A stretch of DNA of 63,789 bases, counting the filler, from Stramenopiles sp. TOSAG23-3 (lineage: Eukaryota), in NCBI GenBank assembly GCA_900128585.1. It is 48 parts of 48 records of this genome, joined end to end, with 100 filler letters (N's around TTAATTAATTAA, not from the genome) between each part and the next. Parts side by side here need not be neighbours in the genome. Positions count along the whole stretch, not along the records: positions 59,927 to 61,147 come from LT646236.1; positions 61,248 to 62,468 come from LT646237.1; positions 62,569 to 63,789 come from LT646238.1; 45 more parts are not named here. The stretch is one strand, 5' to 3'. The position numbers and the translations under genes are program-made. Below the pieces are notes generated by a model. It did no database searches. It saw nothing but the letters and a program-made list of their open reading frames with translations, and was not told the origin of the DNA. Positions 60,615 to 63,789 of the stretch are shown here, one piece after another; position 1 is the stretch's first letter, and each line of letters begins with the position of its first letter.

Positions 60615-61147
60615 TTATTCGTTGTCATGATCTTTCTTCAGCACGTTCAAAACATTCCCATTTCTATAGTGGTTTATCGAGGCACAAATTAAACATATCG
60701 ATTGCAGCCAAAACACAGGTATCCAAGATCCGTCGAAAGCGACAAGCAACTTTGAGACGACGAATGGGCCCACTGCCCCAGGGAGGGTTGCAAGGGTATT
60801 TCCTACCCCGCACACGAAACCACTGTATTCGTCTCCACCAACGCTCATGTAGGTTGCCATTAAAAAAGGGTCAAGGGTGCCTAGAAAGAAACTTGCTATG
60901 GTCAAAATGCAAGCAGCTTTCGCAGCAGAGTCTAACAACGGCAGCACAAATATCATCGATGCCATGCAGACTTCCATGGCGCAAAGACCGTGCACCCACG
61001 TCTGGAACATTGTAAATACGTTGTTTTTGAAGATGTACCCTATTGCTGTACCGGAGCAGACGACACCCATCAATTTCCCAAAGTTTCCCGGCAGAAGGTA
61101 GGGGCCAGTCTGGACTAAATCGATACTAAATCGATCCACAAAAAACG
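60615..61147 (-). CDS. MFS transporter (SLC17-like) C-terminus
   Basis: YSGFVCGVGNTLATLPGAVGPFVV...SWIPVF. Confidence 0.75.
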
Positions 61148-61247
61148 NNNNNNNNNNNNNNNNNNNNNNNNNNNNNNNNNNNNNNNNNNNNTTAATTAAT
61201 TAANNNNNNNNNNNNNNNNNNNNNNNNNNNNNNNNNNNNNNNNNNNN

Positions 61248-61463
61248 TTCTTCTTCTTCTTCTTCTTCTTTCTTCTTCTTCTTTCTTCTTCTTTCTTCTT
61301 CTTCTTCTTTCTTCTTCTTCTTCTTCTTCTTCTTGTTCTTCTTCTTCTTTCTTCTTCTTCTTCTCTCTTCTCTCTTCTTTCTTCTTCTTCTTCTTCTTCT
61401 TTCTTCTTCTTTCTTCTTCTTCTTCTTCTCTCTTCTTCTTCTTTCTTCTTTTTTTTTCTTTTT
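61248..61463 (+). repeat. (TTC)n degenerate microsatellite
   Basis: Read directly. Confidence 0.95.
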
Positions 61464-62012
61464 TTAAAACGGCCTCGTAGTGTCATTCATTCATTCGTAT
61501 AATAAATAATACATCATTTTAATTAGCTTTTTTGCTTCAATATAATTGCTTTTCCAATACACGGTAAGGTACCCTCCTCGTAGGTTTCATACCGGTGCCA
61601 GGTGGTAGTTGGGTCTTTTTTTTATAGTATTTTTTAGCCCTTATTTACATCTTCGTGGCAATTTATTTACCTAGACGACTTCGTATTTCATAGTACGTAC
61701 TTTGGTAGTGTCTACGAATATGATTAAAAAAATTTAAAATAGATAGATTTTTTGAAGAAGAAAAAGATTATTCTTTGTTATCAATTGGTAATAATATTAA
61801 ATAAGTACATTTTTATAGTATACTATTCTCCGTCCTTCCTTTGTCACACAAAAAAAAACAATGCTGTGGTCTGTATCAATTAAATTAATATGAAAATAAT
61901 GGGGGGCGGCTAGAGATCGGGAGGAGGAGGAGGATAAAAGGATTATTGTTGTTTGGTGAAAAAAAACCTAATATTTTTACTATGGAGAAATGGGGAAACA
62001 AAACGACTGACT

Positions 62013-62420
62013 TTAAACAGTTTTTCGATCGGTCATAGTCCTAACTATGGAACCTACCCCAGCAGCTGCGACCAAAATACCGTGCCATTTTAACATAGTG
62101 CCGCAACTCGTTGCATTTCCTAGAGCACGGTACAAATACTTCATCAGAGTGTCCTGTTGGTCCGCGTCCAGGCTATCCACTACTTTCTTAATTTCTGACT
62201 CTTTGTCGGGGATACTCGTTATCGCGCGTAGAACAACTTTCCCGTTAAAATCTTTTATCTCTTGGTTTTTCGTTCCTACCGGTGGGTTTTCTAATGCCGT
62301 CTTCAGCGATTCCAAATACTGGTTCCCACGAATAAGCTGCTCTACTTTCGAGGCACGTTCTTGGCACGACTTCAAACGACTCTCGTCAAGTGTCGCTTCA
62401 TCATATTTCTGGTGCGACAT
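62013..62420 (-). CDS. ARPC5: Arp2/3 complex subunit 5 (p16-Arc)
   Basis: ALENPP, DTLMKYLYRAL, LKWH, GVGSIVRTMTDRKTV. Confidence 0.95.
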   Translation of the reverse strand: MSHQKYDEATLDESRLKSCQERASKVEQLIRGNQYLESLKTALENPPVGTKNQEIKDFNGKVVLRAITSIPDKESEIKKVVDSLDADQQDTLMKYLYRALGNATSCGTMLKWHGILVAAAGVGSIVRTMTDRKTV

Positions 62421-62568
62421 TTTCGTTAGCTGCGAGTTAACTGTGTGAACAAAATGTTAAATTTACAANNNNNNNNNNNNNNNNNNNNNNNNNNNNNNNN
62501 NNNNNNNNNNNNTTAATTAATTAANNNNNNNNNNNNNNNNNNNNNNNNNNNNNNNNNNNNNNNNNNNN

Positions 62569-63549
62569 GAGGACCATGTGGCCTCGGCCACGGACGGGCT
62601 CCACGTGACCATGGAGGAAATGGTCCGCATCGAAGAGGACCTCCAGGCGCGGATGGACGGCGTGGACCTCGACGTGCTGCTGGAGAAAACGCTGAAAGAG
62701 GCGCGCATCATCCCGGGGGAAGACCCGAAAGCGGACCAAGAGCTGAACGCGGGGACCGCGACGGACATGATGAACATACCAGGGCCCAGCAACGCGCGGG
62801 GAAACAAGTGGCGCAAGCGCGGGTCCAGCCTGGCATCCATGTACCACACCGAGGGGCACTTGAAAAATGTTGGCGCGACGAACAGCGACGGGGGCGCAGC
62901 GCCGGCGCCCCAGTACTACCGCACGTCGCAGCACCGACTCGTGGTGTACAAGAAAGGGGCGACGACCCTCATCCTGACGGTGAACACGGGCCACAAGAGC
63001 CTGGAGGATATCCCCGCCTTTTGCCGGGCAATAAAGGAGGAAAACGAGGGAAAGATGGTGAAGTTGGGGGAAATGTTGGGGGAAGGGTATGAAAAAATAG
63101 AGAAGAAGCTGCGACGACGCCGCAGCGCGGCCCCGAAGTGCAAGTACATATATTTCAACCGTTTGAACCTGGCCCTTCAAGTGGAGCTCCCAGGGCTAGG
63201 GACCCAACGGCCGAAGAAAGAGAGCAAGAAGAACAGAAGCGCGATGAAGATGCAGAACCTGCAGTGGCCGCTGAGCAGTGCAGAGCTGTGCTCCAAGCTG
63301 GACGAGAACTGTCCCCGCCCCGTGGTCCGCGCCATAAACGAGGTGTACGTAAAACTAAACGAAGAAATCCCCTTCTTGGAAGATCTTCGGGAAATGCACG
63401 TCAAGACGGCAAACAGTGGCTGGGTGTACGGGAAGAAGTCCGGCGATCGAATCTTAATTGTGTGGATGGAGGGGAAACTCAGCCTCATCGAGGTCCAAAA
63501 GGAAGTCGAAACATTGTTGAACACGGTCTTTCAAAGCATCTACTTGTAG
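62569..63549 (+). CDS. CCZ1: Vacuolar fusion protein CCZ1 C-terminus
   Basis: KYIYFNRLNLA, EMHVKT..GWVYGKKSGDR, SLIEVQKEV...FQSIYL. Confidence 0.8.
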   Translation, partial: EDHVASATDGLHVTMEEMVRIEEDLQARMDGVDLDVLLEKTLKEARIIPGEDPKADQELNAGTATDMMNIPGPSNARGNKWRKRGSSLASMYHTEGHLKNVGATNSDGGAAPAPQYYRTSQHRLVVYKKGATTLILTVNTGHKSLEDIPAFCRAIKEENEGKMVKLGEMLGEGYEKIEKKLRRRRSAAPKCKYIYFNRLNLALQVELPGLGTQRPKKESKKNRSAMKMQNLQWPLSSAELCSKLDENCPRPVVRAINEVYVKLNEEIPFLEDLREMHVKTANSGWVYGKKSGDRILIVWMEGKLSLIEVQKEVETLLNTVFQSIYL

Positions 63550-63789
63550 AGTACATACAAGTGCTTCTCACAAATACGAAATTCAAAATAGAAGCGCAAA
63601 CAAAATCTAATTGGGCACACTTGTTAAGGGGCCTGCGAGTGGGGCAGTTACTGGAACGGTTTCGTCGGCCATATCGACAGTATTCGCTTGTATGGCAGTC
63701 TCTTCTATACTTCTTTGAATGGACAAAACATACAACTGGGGGAAAGGTTACAAAATTAAAAACGGAAAATTGGCCCTGTTATTTAAAAA

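Noticed and set aside
1243-62568. Regularly spaced TTAATTAATTAA repeats that resemble an array
   Set aside because: Artificial linkers within N spacers. Not CRISPR and not biological. ORF tails ending in X..LIN are artefacts.

Overview
This is not one continuous locus. It is a concatenation of 48 short contigs (about 1.22-1.24 kb each, sorted by decreasing length) joined by artificial 100-bp N spacers that carry a six-frame stop linker (TTAATTAATTAA), so gene neighbourhood across spacers means nothing. Most contigs come from an intron-poor eukaryotic microbe with AT-rich intergenic DNA and GAA microsatellites. The genes seen (UFC1, ARPC5, CCZ1, RRN3, mL54, DHHC palmitoyltransferase, DENN, OSCA/TMEM63, P2X-like, probable TBC1D32, MyTH4-FERM myosin) fit a flagellated protist, plausibly a marine stramenopile SAG/MAG (inference). 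Several viral or mobile fragments are mixed in: a Polinton-like-virus/virophage-type A32 packaging ATPase contig, a gene-dense giant-virus-like contig (RNR small subunit, LicD), two diverged copies of a XerC/D-type tyrosine recombinase plus C2H2 zinc-finger module, a gag-only copia-type LTR element with PBS and PPT, and a 37-bp-TIR MITE-like element. The most striking observation is an RsuA-family pseudouridine synthase fused to a DUF3253-like domain, with an in-frame TGA at the position of the family's conserved Cys (candidate new selenoprotein). A recurrent 79-bp overlap at contig ends marks assembler graph junctions and helps separate artefacts from real repeats. All family calls are from motif recognition by eye; no database searches were run.
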